From: Octopus bimaculoides
Lineage: Eukaryota
DNA: 64,000 bases
Assembly: GCF_001194135.2 (NCBI RefSeq)
Contig: NC_068988.1
Coordinates: 81,512,455-81,576,454 of the forward strand
Direction of reading: 5' to 3'
Shown: positions 38,188-49,941 of the stretch, one piece after another
How positions within the stretch are numbered: position 1 is the stretch's first letter
Layout of the letters: each line of letters starts with the position of its first letter
Notes under the pieces: model-generated
The model's database searches: none
Told to the model about the DNA's origin: nothing
Seen by the model: the letters and a program-made list of their open reading frames with translations, nothing else
Program-made: the position numbers and the translations under genes

Positions 38188-38190
<3 letters not shown>
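37991..38190 (+). mobile_element. SINE family B, (ATT)n-tailed subtype
   Basis: ggtggtaagctagtagaa head, ggggtcaatgaaatcagtaccag core; ends agtagaaagaattattatt. Confidence 0.78.
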
Positions 38191-38225
<35 letters not shown>

Positions 38226-38229
<4 letters not shown>

Positions 38230-39102
38230 TAGTTTTATTTTTATAGCATGCTTTCCCTTCACAACCGAGCACAGCTCTGTGTGCCTTGGGTATGTGCTGT
38301 GGTTTGCTGTGATGCTCTTATGGTTACTGTATTGAAAGTGTTTTGCGTAGGATGTGTGCAGTGCCCAGTAGTGCAATTTTCTGTATGTTATATATATTTG
38401 TAAGTCCTGGTGTTATTGTTATGTTTTGTCTGAATATTTTTTTATCATACCTAAGGCGCCTACCATGATAGGAATTGTTTCTGTTTTTAGATTCCACATT
38501 CAAGTTACTTCTATTTCCAAGTCTTTGTATTTTGAAAGTTTCTCCATTTGTCATCTGCTGGTATTGATACATCAATTAGAAAGCATTTTTTTCTTCATGA
38601 TCTCTGACAACTATATCTGGCATATTGGCCTTAATTTCTCTATCTGTGTGTATTGGCATATCCCAGAGTATGGTTGCTTTGTCTTTTTCTGTGACCTTTT
38701 CTGGCGTGTGTTTATACCATCTTTTTTCTGTTGTTATTCCATAGTGTTGGCATAGCTTCCAGTGTATGTAGGTCCCAGCTCTGTCGTATCTGTGAAAATA
38801 TTCCTTCTTAGCCAAGACTGGGCAGCCAGAGATAATATGATTTATTGTTTCTTGTCCATCGTCACATATTCCACAGTTATTTGTTATGTTTCTTTTCATT
38901 TTATGTTTTTGGTAATTTCTGGTGGGGAGGCTTTGGTCTTGTGCAGCAATTAAAAATCCTTCAGTCTCTGCTTTGAGTCCTGAGTTTCTCAACCATTGCT
39001 GGGATTTTTCTCTGTCTATTTCTTTTGCATTTAGTTTACTCCAGTATTTGCCATGAAGGGGCTTTTCTTGCCATCGTTTATCATGGTCCATTGCTGTTCT
39101 AA
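38226..39102 (-). mobile_element. R4/Dong-like LINE 3' end, copy 3 (CCHC plus RLE)
   Basis: KPLHGKY..ETEGFLIAAQDQSL..CGIC..ETINHIISGCP..ILWDMPIHTDREIKANMPDIVV..IQKIALLGTAHILRKTLSIQ*; (AAT)n at both ends. Confidence 0.92.
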
Positions 39103-39149
39103 TTATTATTATTATTATCATCACCATCATCATCATCATCATCATCATC

Positions 39150-39181
<32 letters not shown>

Positions 39182-39259
39182 TTGCTAACTCATTTTTATT
39201 TGCTCTGAGATTCATCAAGGTGTAACTGAAGGAAATGTTTGCTTTAGATATTATCTTAA

Positions 39260-39480
39260 CCTTTTAGCATTCACATTATTCTGTCAAATGTAATGCATAT
39301 TTATTCACATTGTTATGAATTAGTCACATATTATGGTGTAACTTCAACCTTTCAATGGTATGTTTGCATATTTTTAGAATAACATTGTAGAATCAGTGTG
39401 AAAGGCCAGATCTGGCCAGTTTCAACATAAAACAGGTAATATTTTGGGGCTGGCTATAGCTGGTTTAAATGCTAAAAAGG
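39260..39480. mobile_element. piggyBac-like MITE
   Basis: TTAA|ccttttagcatt ... aatgctaaaaagg|TTAA. Confidence 0.82.
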
Positions 39481-39799
39481 TTAAGTAGGGAGATGTATTG
39501 AACATTTTGGAAATTTTGTGCAAATTGGAGTAAAAACAAGGTCAGATATTTTTATAAATAATTCCATTCTTATTTCAGTGTATAACTCTAAGTTCATAGA
39601 TAGTTTAATCTTTGACTTGTTTTTATTGATCAGAACAGCTCTTTTGAGGACCTTGGATTTATGTTATGTTTTGTGTCAGTTTTGTATCTTTCATTATGCT
39701 GAGAGTATTGTTCATAATAGGTATGTATGTAGCATCAAATAGGCGAATGTTCTTTGTATGCTTTTAAATCTTGTGGTTTTGGTTATGTATTTGTTTATT

Positions 39800-40200
39800 C
39801 TTTTACTTGTTTCAGTCATTTGATTGTGGCCATGCTGGAGCACTGCCTTAAAGGGTTTTAGTCAAAGAAATCGACCCCAGGACTTATTGTTTGTAAGCCT
39901 AGTACTTATTCTATTGGTCTCTTTTGCTGAACCACTAAGTTATGGGGACATAAACACACCATCGGTTGTCAAGTGACGGTGGGGGGAGGGTAAAACACAG
40001 ACACAAACACACACACACACACACAAATATATACAAATGTATATACATGATGGACTTCTTTCAGTTTCTGTCTATCAAATCTACTCACAAAGCTTTGGTC
40101 AGCCTGAGGCTATAGTAGAAAACACTTGCTCAAGGTGCTATACAGTGGGACTGAACCTGGAACCATGTGGTCAGGAAGCAAGCTTCTTAGCACACAGTCA
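39800..40200 (-). mobile_element. SINE family A, full length
   Basis: Tail cttttacttgtttcagtc through head actgaacctggaaccatgtgg..cttagcacacag. Confidence 0.88.
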
Positions 40201-40394
40201 TTTTTGCTACTTTTTTAAAATAATTTCCACAGCACCACTTGTTACAAGGATTGTTTCTGTTTTCATTGTTTCTGTTTTCATTGTTTCTGTAGGTGTTAAG
40301 ATTTATCATTTCTTTCATTCTTGAGGATAAAGATAGTTTTCCCATCATTGTACCAATTAGAGGTTGTTTCCGGCTTCTTTAAAAAAAAGAATGT

Positions 40395-40630
40395 AAAGTT
40401 CCTTCCCAAGTCATACAGACTCATAAGCATCAGTTTCCATGGTATATACATTCCCTACCTGGACAGGATGCTGGTCCATTGCAGGATTACGCATTTTTGC
40501 TAGCTCAGAATACTGGAACAATGGGAAATGAAGTGTTTTGCTCAAAAACACATGTCGCCTAGATCAGGAATTGAAACCACAATCTTATCATCATGAGTTC
40601 AACACCTTAACCACTATGCTATGTACCTCC
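40395..40630 (-). mobile_element. SINE family C
   Basis: ctggacaggatgctggtccattgcagg..aagtgttttgctcaa..ggaattgaaaccacaatc..accttaaccacta. Confidence 0.7.
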
Positions 40631-42294
40631 ACCCAGCTTCTTTAGTATCTCATAAAACATCTCTGTTAGTAATTTATATTTCTCTGTTAAATAGTGAAAC
40701 CAGAAATTTGGGATTTTATCATTTCCTGCTACGTGCCAGTTCTTTGATGTTTTATAGCATCTGTACTACTTCTTGCATTGTCATTATCTTCACTGACTGG
40801 CACTAAATTTGTTATTTTGAACAATTAAATCTGGGGTGATTTCTTCATTGTTCACACTTCTTCCAAGAATTACTCTACTTCTGTGATTTTTTGTTTTTCA
40901 AAGAATCATTGCTGTGCTTCATACCTACAGATTCTATGCAATTTAGCAAGGGCATCTTGTTTCTGCTACCCTTTATTTTGTTATGTAATATTACTATGAT
41001 TAATATGTAATATTTGTATAGTATTTGTTCAGTTGCGTCCTTTCATTATTAATTTCATTAAGGAGTGAGAGTATCTTTCAGTTTACTTTTCTGTATGTTT
41101 TCTATTTTATTGACGTAAGTTTTTATGTTCTTGTATGAGAGAAACTGAAGGAATGCTTACATCTCTTTATAACCAAAGTAGCTGATGCATATATTATTAC
41201 ATTTAAACTGGTGGTATTGATGTTTATACCGGTTTTTATTAAATCTGTGATGGTTACGATAGAGTTTTATCCTTGGGAAGTACTTTCAGAAATATTTATG
41301 GATATACTTTATTTCATCATTTCTTCGTAATTATTGTCAAGTTCATGATACTTGTGTTTAGAATTACCTATTCTTAACATTTCTTCATATTCCTTTTTAT
41401 TTATATTGTTTTTGTTCCTACATTTAATTTTCTGTAGATTTTCTAGGGTTTTGCTTTGTGTTTATATTTTTATTTTGTTTTGCACATGTTAAACTTATTA
41501 CCTCCATAGTTTATGTTCTTCTTAATTCTACTCTGTTGTTTATTTTTGTTATATATGTATTTTTTATAAATCATTATTTGTTTTAAAGGTCATATTTAGG
41601 TGCCTGATATTCTTTTGACTTTGAACATGTATCTTTTAGGAATCTGTTGGGATTTAGAATATTTCCTCTCAAAATTTTATGTATGAATACTGCAGCAGTT
41701 TTGTTTTTCAGGATGGTGAAATATACATATAGAATAAAAATACATCATTCTTATGTCCATTTATATCCTTTCTGTTCTATTTGTGAGATCTGAGAATTAA
41801 AGTCTAGCTTGTTATTTAGATTGCTATCATTTTTGATAGGTACGGGTTTAATGTTTTCTGGTGATGTCATGTTTTGCATGCTAAATTTCTTGTTCTTTTT
41901 AAGTGTAAAATTCAATGTATGTAATTTGCCTTCTAGCCATAAACTAAAAATAGTTTTTAATTTGTTTTATTTATCATTTCTTTGTGTGTGTGTGTGTGTG
42001 TGTGTACGTAGGGAAATTGGTCTGTTGCTGACATAAGTTGCACTTTGTAAGTTTGATTCTGTGTGGTGACCAATCAGTGAACGTTTGTAATAAATTAATT
42101 ATAGGAGTTAAAAAGCAATAAACTTCACAAGTAATTGACTCACATAGTTATCTTTCAGTCTTATCATTATTTCTTTTGGTTTGATTCATTGATATTTAAT
42201 CAATATTAAAGGATACATTGCATAACATTGGGGTAATAGTATTTTATTATTGCTATAATTATCATAGACATGGGAAAAGACAGCAAGTTGTCAA

Positions 42295-42500
42295 AATCAT
42301 TAGCGCATTAGACAAAATGCTCAGTAGCATTTCCTGTGGTTCTTTAAGTTCTGAGCTCAAATCCTGCCTAGGCCAACTTTGCCTTTAATCCTTTTGGGGT
42401 TGATGAAATAAAGTACTAATCAAGTGCTGGGGTCAAAGTTTTTTTACAAATTCATTTCCCCTAATATTTCTGGTCTTGTGTGAAAATTTAAAAAGATTAT
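42295..42500 (+). mobile_element. SINE family B, decayed
   Basis: ttctgagctcaaatcc..actttgcctttaatccttttggggttgatgaaataaagtac. Confidence 0.75.
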
Positions 42501-43593
42501 TATAGGCATGGAAGTTCTGTCCTATATACATGCAGATTGATGCACACTTGTGCAGTATCCAGAGTTACTGATTTATGCAATTATAATAGCTATTTCTCAA
42601 CCAAGTCTATCAGGAGTTTATCATGAGGATCAAAGTGTTGCTTTCTTATGGCAAATGGCTATGACAAAAGAGGTTCTGTGGTGGACAAAATTGAAAGGAC
42701 CAAGGTCAGATATTTTCCTCTTCAGCTATGTCCCTCCGAATTTCTTCAAGTTTCACCTGGAATTGAAGCTAAGTGTGGAGAGGGAGGTTCTGCTCTCCAA
42801 TAACTTTTCATGAATATCCTGAGCTTCAGGATATAAGATTGGGCTGGAAGACAGAAATATCAGAGAGAATTTATTCTTTGCAGTTAAGATAATCCTGAAT
42901 CTATCAGGCTCCCTGATTGGCCCTAGATGCTTCACACTCTTTTGGGTTGCACCATTCCATTCCTTTACCATTTTGCTTTTCAATTCTAATTTTGTTTATA
43001 ATCCATTGCATAATGCCAGTACCATCAACGTAAAAGAGACAAATGGTGCAAGAACATATTTCATTATTAGTGACCATATCTTTTCTTCATTCAAGAATCT
43101 TTGAAAATAACATATCCCCTGTGTATGCCTGTGTAGCATCAGCTATGGTGCAATAAGCACTCTGCACAGAGGTCATTGGCAGCAGGTGGACTTTGTGTTT
43201 AGTGGAATATGTTTCTTGAACAAGAAGAGATTCTGTTGTCAAATGATGAAAAGGAAGATGATGATTATTATTATTATCATAATCGTTGTCATTGTCATCG
43301 TCATCTTTGTTACCATTGTAACTATTATTGTTCTTGTTGTCATCATCATGATCATGTTCATCAGTAGCAAGAGAATTAAGAATTTTGTAATTTAAGAAAT
43401 AAATGCTTAATGAACAGACAAGAGCTGAAAAAATGTTTAAAAGTGTTGCATATGGATAAATTAGCTTGTTATAAATCACTCCCCATTGCTGTTTGAAAAT
43501 TTATAAAAAGTAACATTTTTTTATTGTATCTAGGTTTTTTTTTACATTGAATTAAATACCAAGAAAGTTAATTATTGTGAAATCATTACTCAC

Positions 43594-43784
43594 CATCATC
43601 TATGAACTCATAATGTCCAAGAAATCCTCGAAGACTTTTTGTATAGTCAGATTTAAAAAACATTTCTATTTTTGGTTGAATTGATATAATTGGACCAGGA
43701 ATTTCCGCACCACATAAACGGTTCAAAAATGTTTTGAACCCCATGTGATCAATTTCAAAAATGTCAACGAAATCAAATTTGCAT
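43594..43784 (-). CDS. CUB-domain gene, exon B (CUB1 C-half)
   Basis: Acceptor tttttatag|A, donor G|gtgagt. 191 nt, phase 2 to 1. GG+A joins exon A in frame: GCKFDFVDIFEIDHMGFKTFLNRLCGAEIPGPIISIQPKIEMFFKSDYTKSLRGFLGHYEFIDD (C-x2-D, LCG, F-x-SD, GF motifs of CUB). Confidence 0.92.
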
Positions 43785-43854
43785 CTATAAAAAAGAAACA
43801 AAAATTATATATATCATGATACAAAACAATTCTAATGAAAATAATTATCTAACC

Positions 43855-44093
43855 TAGTGGTTCTCAACCATTTTTTGCCTATGGACTCCTTTAATTCCTT
43901 ATTCATGTCTCCTGGACTTCCATAGAAATAAAAAGAAACATTGTGCATTTTGATAATTAAATATTAAAAAATGTATAAATTTATGTACAGCACAAAAAAG
44001 ATTAAAATATTTTTTGTGTTACTACATAAATTTTAACAACCAAATCATATATGGACCCCCAAAGGTTATAGAGACCCTGGTTGAGAGCCACTG
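43855..44093. mobile_element. hAT (Charlie-like) MITE, inverted relative to the 3201 copy
   Basis: TIRs tagtggttctcaacc / ggttgagagccactg; TSD atctaacc / atctaact. Confidence 0.88.
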
Positions 44094-45177
44094 ATCTAAC
44101 TTTTTCAGTTAGGAACTATTTGAATATAATTTAATTGCCACTAATGAGATACAATATGCTGAAACTGTTTGTGGATATAGACAATTAAATATGTATGAAG
44201 ATATATACAATATTTTGGATTATTACATATATCTACTTGCCCATAGAAATAGGTTGTTGTGTAAGCTATAAATGAATTCTTTGAGTAATCATGGTAGTTT
44301 TCTAGCCAACATTGTCTATTTTGCAACACAGTTTTTAGCTTTTCAAGCATAATCTGCCTACTCTGATCTAGCAAGAAAAATACAAAGTCACTCAGCTAGA
44401 AAATCTCCCTCAAATATCTCTCTGCAGTTTCCTAAAGTGGAACAATTTGTAGGAAGATTTTAAAATCTGCAGAAATGGGCTGATGACTATAGCATCAATG
44501 CTGAATGAAAAGTTCACTCCAAAACATAGTAGTAGTAGTAGTAGTAGTAGTAATGGTGGTGGTGGTTATAGTAGTAGTAGTAATGGTGGTGGAGGCACCA
44601 CCACGGTGGTGCATTATTGATATTTCCTCATAAATTTACACAACTTATAAATGCATCACCCGAGCAGCCCTCAGAATTCCACTTCTCTCCCAATTCTCTC
44701 AGAATTGTAAATATATCAGATATACCAAAACTACTTAGTCAAACATTTCTGTTAATATCATGCAATTTTATAGGGTGGTGGATTGGCAAAAAAGAGAGCT
44801 TCATGAACAAAATGCCTTGTCTATATTTAGTTATGACTCTTTATGGCTCTACTTTCAAGTATTATCAGAGTTGACTTTGCCTTTCATTGTTTTGGGGGTC
44901 AATGAAATAAAGTAGTAATCAGGACCTGGGGAGGGTCCTAAGAATAATGCAATGCCCTTATCTTTTATCTTTTACTTGTTTCAGCCATTAGACTGCAGCC
45001 ACACTGGGGTACTGCCTTGAAGAATTTTTAGTCAAATGAATTGCTCTCAGTTCTTATTTTTTGTTTAAGCCAGGTACTTATACTATTGGTCTCTTTTGCC
45101 AAACTGCTAAGTTATGGGGACATAAACACGCCAACACTTGTTATCAAGCAGTTGTAGGGGACAAACATATAGATATA

Positions 45178-45395
45178 CGAGGGGTTTCTGAAAAGTTCTT
45201 GGCTTTAAGGATATCGTAAAAGGCCTAGTTGGAGGCCCAGCCTTCCAAGTTCTTTTACAGGGCTTAGAAAAACTGAAGGACTGCTGCAATGAGTGTGTGG
45301 ATCTGAGAAGGAAATATGTTGAATAAAATCATAATTAACTGTTCAGCCTGTAGTTTCTTTTACCCAAAGTCATGAACATTTCAGCAGCAATAACG
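45178..45395 (+). mobile_element. Non-autonomous mariner derivative
   Basis: TA|cgaggggtttctgaaaagttc TIR, degenerate right TIR gaacatttcagcagc, and a transposase C-terminal remnant GLEKLKDCCNECVDLRRKYVE*. Confidence 0.65.
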
Positions 45396-45839
45396 AAACT
45401 GGTAAGACTTTCAATATTGACTCATGATACTAATTATTATACTTCTTAATTCCACCTCAAATTATTTATTTGTATGTATATATTTTGTTCTTATAAAAAA
45501 AAGCCATTACTTTTATACCTGGTGTGCATTTTTTAAAATTTTTATTTCTCCCCTATTTATACCACGTGTAGTCATTTTTCTTTGAAACCTATTTCTATTA
45601 TATACATATATTATTATTATTATCATCATCATTATTATTATATATAGTTGAGGTGTATTCTGTTAAAAATGCATTAGAGTACAAAATAGAGCTCGTTCAC
45701 CCTTAGAATCACCAGATAGCCAGCAGTATTATGGTATACTACCAATTCTAGGCTTACACATTCCTCATGTGTGAAAAATAAAAAGGAAAGAATAAACAGA
45801 GTCAAAAGGAAGAAGGAGTATGATTTGACAGCTTTTTAA

Positions 45840-46059
45840 CCCTTTTGTTACCAACCCAGCTGAAACCAGCTCTTGCTCTGAGTACAAATGTCTTGTTTCC
45901 ATAAGTTTTGAATTATAATTTTCCACCAAACCTTAGTCACAATTTATGTTCCTAACACTAGCTGAATGATAACTGAGTTATTTTACTAAATTCTTTGTTA
46001 GATTTAAAGTAATTGAAAGAAACTCAGGGCATCTCAAAATAAATGCAGTAACGAAAGGG
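45840..46059. mobile_element. piggyBac-like MITE (second family)
   Basis: TTAA|cccttttgttac ... gtaacgaaaggg|TTAA. Confidence 0.85.
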
Positions 46060-48759
46060 TTAATGACCACTACACATGTTTCAATACAACATAGATCCAC
46101 ATATATACAGGATTTAAATTTAAATTAAGTAATGGTTTACCTGTATAAGAGGACCTAGTTGTATATCCTCAGGTGATATATATATATATAATAATATTAG
46201 GGACAAAATCCAAAATTACAGGTAAAAACTCAATTAAAATCAATTTATAAAAAATTAAAATTAAATTGAGCTTTACAGATTAAAATATATATAAATATAT
46301 AGTTTTTTTAAATTTTTATTAAAACTTAGAATATATAAAGTTTAATCTTTTATTCTTAATAATTCTTTTCATTCTTAATTTTTTCATTCATAATTTTTCA
46401 TTCATATTTTTATTTTTATTTCTACGTTTGTAGAAATAAGTATTCTTGTATTTTTCTATTATTCAATTGATTTTTGATGATAATTAAATAAACGTTTTTA
46501 GTTTTAAATAGTCAGCTTTAACTATTACACCGGTTAAATATGTACTAATATTATCTTTATTATTATTTTACCTTAAACTTCGTTCAAATTGTATTTAAAA
46601 CGATAATAATTTATGTAAGCTGGTTTTTGTACATAATGTACATGTTAGCATATATTATAATGGATGTAGGGATGATTATGGAATGTTTATTATTTTGATA
46701 TTTAAAAAAATTTTCTATCTTTATAAAATAAGTATTTTCTATAAATTCATTTGGTACTTATTGTTGGTTGATATATATATTTATTTATTATAATTATTGT
46801 TCTATTTATNNNNNNNNNNNNNNNNNNNNNNNNNNNNNNNNNNNNNNNNNNNNNNNNNNNNNNNNNNNNNNNNNNNNNNNNNNNNNNNNNNNNNNNNNNN
46901 NNNNNNNNNNNNNNNNNNNNNNNNNNNNNNNNNNNNNNNNNNNNNNNNNNNNNNNNNNNNNNNNNNNNNNNNNNNNNNNNNNNNNNNNNNNNNNNNNNNN
47001 NNNNNNNNNNNNNNNNNNNNNNNNNNNNNNNNNNNNNNNNNNNNNNNNNNNNNNNNNNNNNNNNNNNNNNNNNNNNNNNNNNNNNNNNNNNNNNNNNNNN
47101 NNNNNNNNNNNNNNNNNNNNNNNNNNNNNNNNNNNNNNNNNNNNNNNNNNNNNNNNNNNNNNNNNNNNNNNNNNNNNNNNNNNNNNNNNNNNNNNNNNNN
47201 NNNNNNNNNNNNNNNNNNNNNNNNNNNNNNNNNNNNNNNNNNNNNNNNNNNNNNNNNNNNNNNNNNNNNNNNNNNNNNNNNNNNNNNNNNNNNNNNNNNN
47301 NNNNNNNNNNNNNNNNNNNNNNNNNNNNNNNNNNNNNNNNNNNNNNNNNNNNNNNNNNNNNNNNNNNNNNNNNNNNNNNNNNNNNNNNNNNNNNNNNNNN
47401 NNNNNNNNNNNATATATATACATATATATATATATATACTAGTGGGCCTCATGGCATTTGACTTGGTCTGTACAATGTTGAAATGTATTCAAAAGGCACA
47501 TATTGACATCTATTGTAATGCCCATTTTCCTTACAATAAAAGTTGTTAAAAGGTTAAAAAAATATATTTAGAATATCTAAATACAGAAAGTAATACAGAT
47601 AATAATAGAGAAATGTATTGTACGAAAATTATAAAACATTTACAGAACTTCAGTATATACAATGTTTTAAATTTATTTCTTTGGAGCATATATGAAGAGT
47701 TTCTGTGGACTTCCTACTCTGGGACAACCTACACACAATTGACCATGTGAGAAACTGTCCTCTTCTAGATGGAGACTGACAACCAGCAGTGCTTGTCCTT
47801 GGGACTTGTTAATGGTCATTGCGTAACTGACTGTCATTGGGAATGACAATCATTTGAAACAAAAGGGGACATCTGTTATTATTAGAGCTATTCTAGGTAT
47901 AATTGATGTCTCCCTTACCACATCCAGTGAAGATTTTTGCTTTGATAATGTGAGGCTCTAGTTCAGTCATAACCATATATGTACCATTGGACAATTTCTG
48001 AGAAGCATGGTTGATGGCAATAAGTTGTGGTTGTGTTAGTAATAGTGGTTGACGTATAAATTAATAGGTATTAGCAGCTGCAGTGGTAGTATTGAAGCAC
48101 ACTTTAGATATTATAAATAAACGTTTATTCTGTCTCTGTCTCACTTGTTTTTACTCTCCAGCCCCCTTTTCTATCTGTCACATGTATTTTTTCTCTAGAG
48201 AGAAAAAAAGGTAGAGGTAGCAAGATAGAGACACATATACAACTAGAGAGAAAGAGAGGAAGATAGTGAGAGAGATAGAAACATATAGAGGGACACAGAG
48301 GTCGGTGGGGGGTGACTTCAAAGGAATAAATGTAATGTATAAACTTAGAGAAAGTTGGACATGGATTGAGTGACAGGGAGAGTATTTTTTCACACAGTAA
48401 AAAGCATAGCTGTTAAATAGAGAGTAGGTGGATTGCTAGAAACAGGAGCCGATACATTACCAACTCGCTCCCCACCCCATTCCGTTTTTGGAAGATAAGT
48501 GCCCAGTTTTCTGCAGCATGGTCAAATTAATTGAAATGACATGCAAAACCTGAAATGTTATCAATCTTATTTAGCATTTTTGGCAGTCAACATACAAACA
48601 AACAAACTTTGCTTTTTATGAGGATATATATAATACATATATAATATAATAGAATATATATATATATATANNNNNNNNNNNNNNNNNNNNNNNNNNNNNN
48701 NNNNNNNNNNNNNNNNNNNNNNNNNNNNNNNNNNNNNNNNNNTATATATACATATATAT

Positions 48760-48930
48760 ACATGTGATGGGCTTCTTTCAGTTTCCATCTACCAAATCCA
48801 CTCACAAGGTTTGGCTTGGTTGACCCAAGGCTATAATAGAAGGCATTTACCCAAGGTGTTGTGCAGTGGGACTGAACCTGGACCATGTGGTTGGGAAGCA
48901 AACTTCTTATCACACAGCCACACCTGCACC
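48760..48930 (-). mobile_element. SINE family A 5' half
   Basis: gggcttctttcagtttccatctaccaaatcc..gtgggactgaacctggaccatgtggttgg..cacacagccacacctgcacc. Confidence 0.85.
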
Positions 48931-49027
48931 TCTTGTGCATATATTAGATATAAATATTACGCAATTTCATGAAGCAATTCCAAAAGTATGGAAAATTTTA
49001 GTTAAATAAACAGAAACTTTTACTCAC

Positions 49028-49208
49028 CCAGCATCACTGTTGCCTTCAAGCTCAAAATATTCAAACTTAATTTTGATACGTTTATCACCAACAGCTTCAA
49101 AAATATATCGACAAGACACTAATTCTGGATAGCGAGATGGAAAGCCAGGAGATGTGAAAGTTCCAGATGTTTTCAGTTGACTGCGAAAAATTTCATGACA
49201 CTCGGAAG
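49028..49208 (-). CDS. CUB-domain gene, exon A (CUB1 N-half)
   Basis: Acceptor ttttgcag|CT, donor GG|gtgagt. 181 nt, phase 1 to 2. Encodes xSECHEIFRSQLKTSGTFTSPGFPSRYPELVSCRYIFEAVGDKRIKIKFEYFELEGNSDAG, with the CUB signature G-x-FTSP-x-FP-x2-YP-x4-C-x-Y. Confidence 0.92.
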
Positions 49209-49521
49209 CTGCAAAAAGACACAGGAAAAAAAAAACAGGTGTTAGTAAAGAAATAAAATTTTGCATTAATTTTCTCATAACTATTTGTTTTTCTACTTAG
49301 TTGGAGGACATTGATTCTCAATATCCTTCAAATGTACAACATTCTGCTGAAGTGATTTCCTGCAAAATAAATTCATCTATCACAATAGTTGGCAATGAAT
49401 GAGCCTCTACTCAGTCACTTGGGCAAACTAGACATAATAGCTAAATATTCATCCAAAAATATACACTATATTTAAAATGGAATAAATTCAATGGAATACA
49501 TCCACTGGTTTTCAAAAATAG

Positions 49522-49941
49522 AAATATCAATATTTCTAAGTCTCTCTAAAGGAGACTATGGCAACGGTACTGGATATAATAGTTATCACCAAGCCAACAT
49601 GTCAGTCCCATGTATTCCACTGAATTTAGGTCCTCTGTACAGATGGTCAGTAGCGACACCTGCTGGGTTCGGCTGCTCTACATTGACAAGGAGCAATACC
49701 CCGAAACTAGTCTGTAGATGCCAGACCAGCAAGGGGAAGTGGCTGAGCTCCCCTGTTCGAAGGTTATTATGGACACTGGTTCGTGTGTCACATAGCTAGC
49801 TAGAGGTAATGGCCTCTTGGAGCTAATCAACGGCACCATTCGTCCTAATTTTGGGACTGCCATGTTAACTTGGCGATAACTATTAATATCCAGTACCGCT
49901 GCCGTAGTCTTCTTTAGAGAGACGTAGAAACATTAATATTT
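49522..49941. mobile_element. Non-coding element with about 89-bp terminal inverted repeats
   Basis: 49522-49610 is the reverse complement of 49852-49941 with scattered mismatches (..tctctctaaagRagactaYggcaRcggtactggatat..gttatcRccaag..aacatg.cagtccca); TA-rich flanks. Confidence 0.88.
49677..49718 (+). ncRNA. Minimal type I hammerhead ribozyme-like motif (core degenerate)
   Basis: Stem I tctaca/tgtaga; core TTGACAA (consensus CTGANGA); stem II GGAG-caata-CCCC; GAAA; palindromic stem III ACTAGT; GUC cleavage triplet ending at 49712. Confidence 0.7.

Larger units (their letters stand above)
39500..41950 (-). mobile_element. Old, heavily decayed LINE (RTE-like), interrupted by SINEs
   Basis: Long A-rich minus-strand bias; IRLFDATYIPIM resembles the RTE C-terminal RIYKxxIRPIM motif. 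No intact motifs. Confidence 0.35.

Noticed and set aside
43087-43479. 130-aa minus-strand ORF just after exon B
   Set aside because: Its core is a (GAT/AAT)n microsatellite, with no recognisable domain or convincing splice sites.
46185-46809. Nuclear mitochondrial insertion
   Set aside because: AT-richness alone; I recognise no mitochondrial gene, tRNA or rRNA motif.
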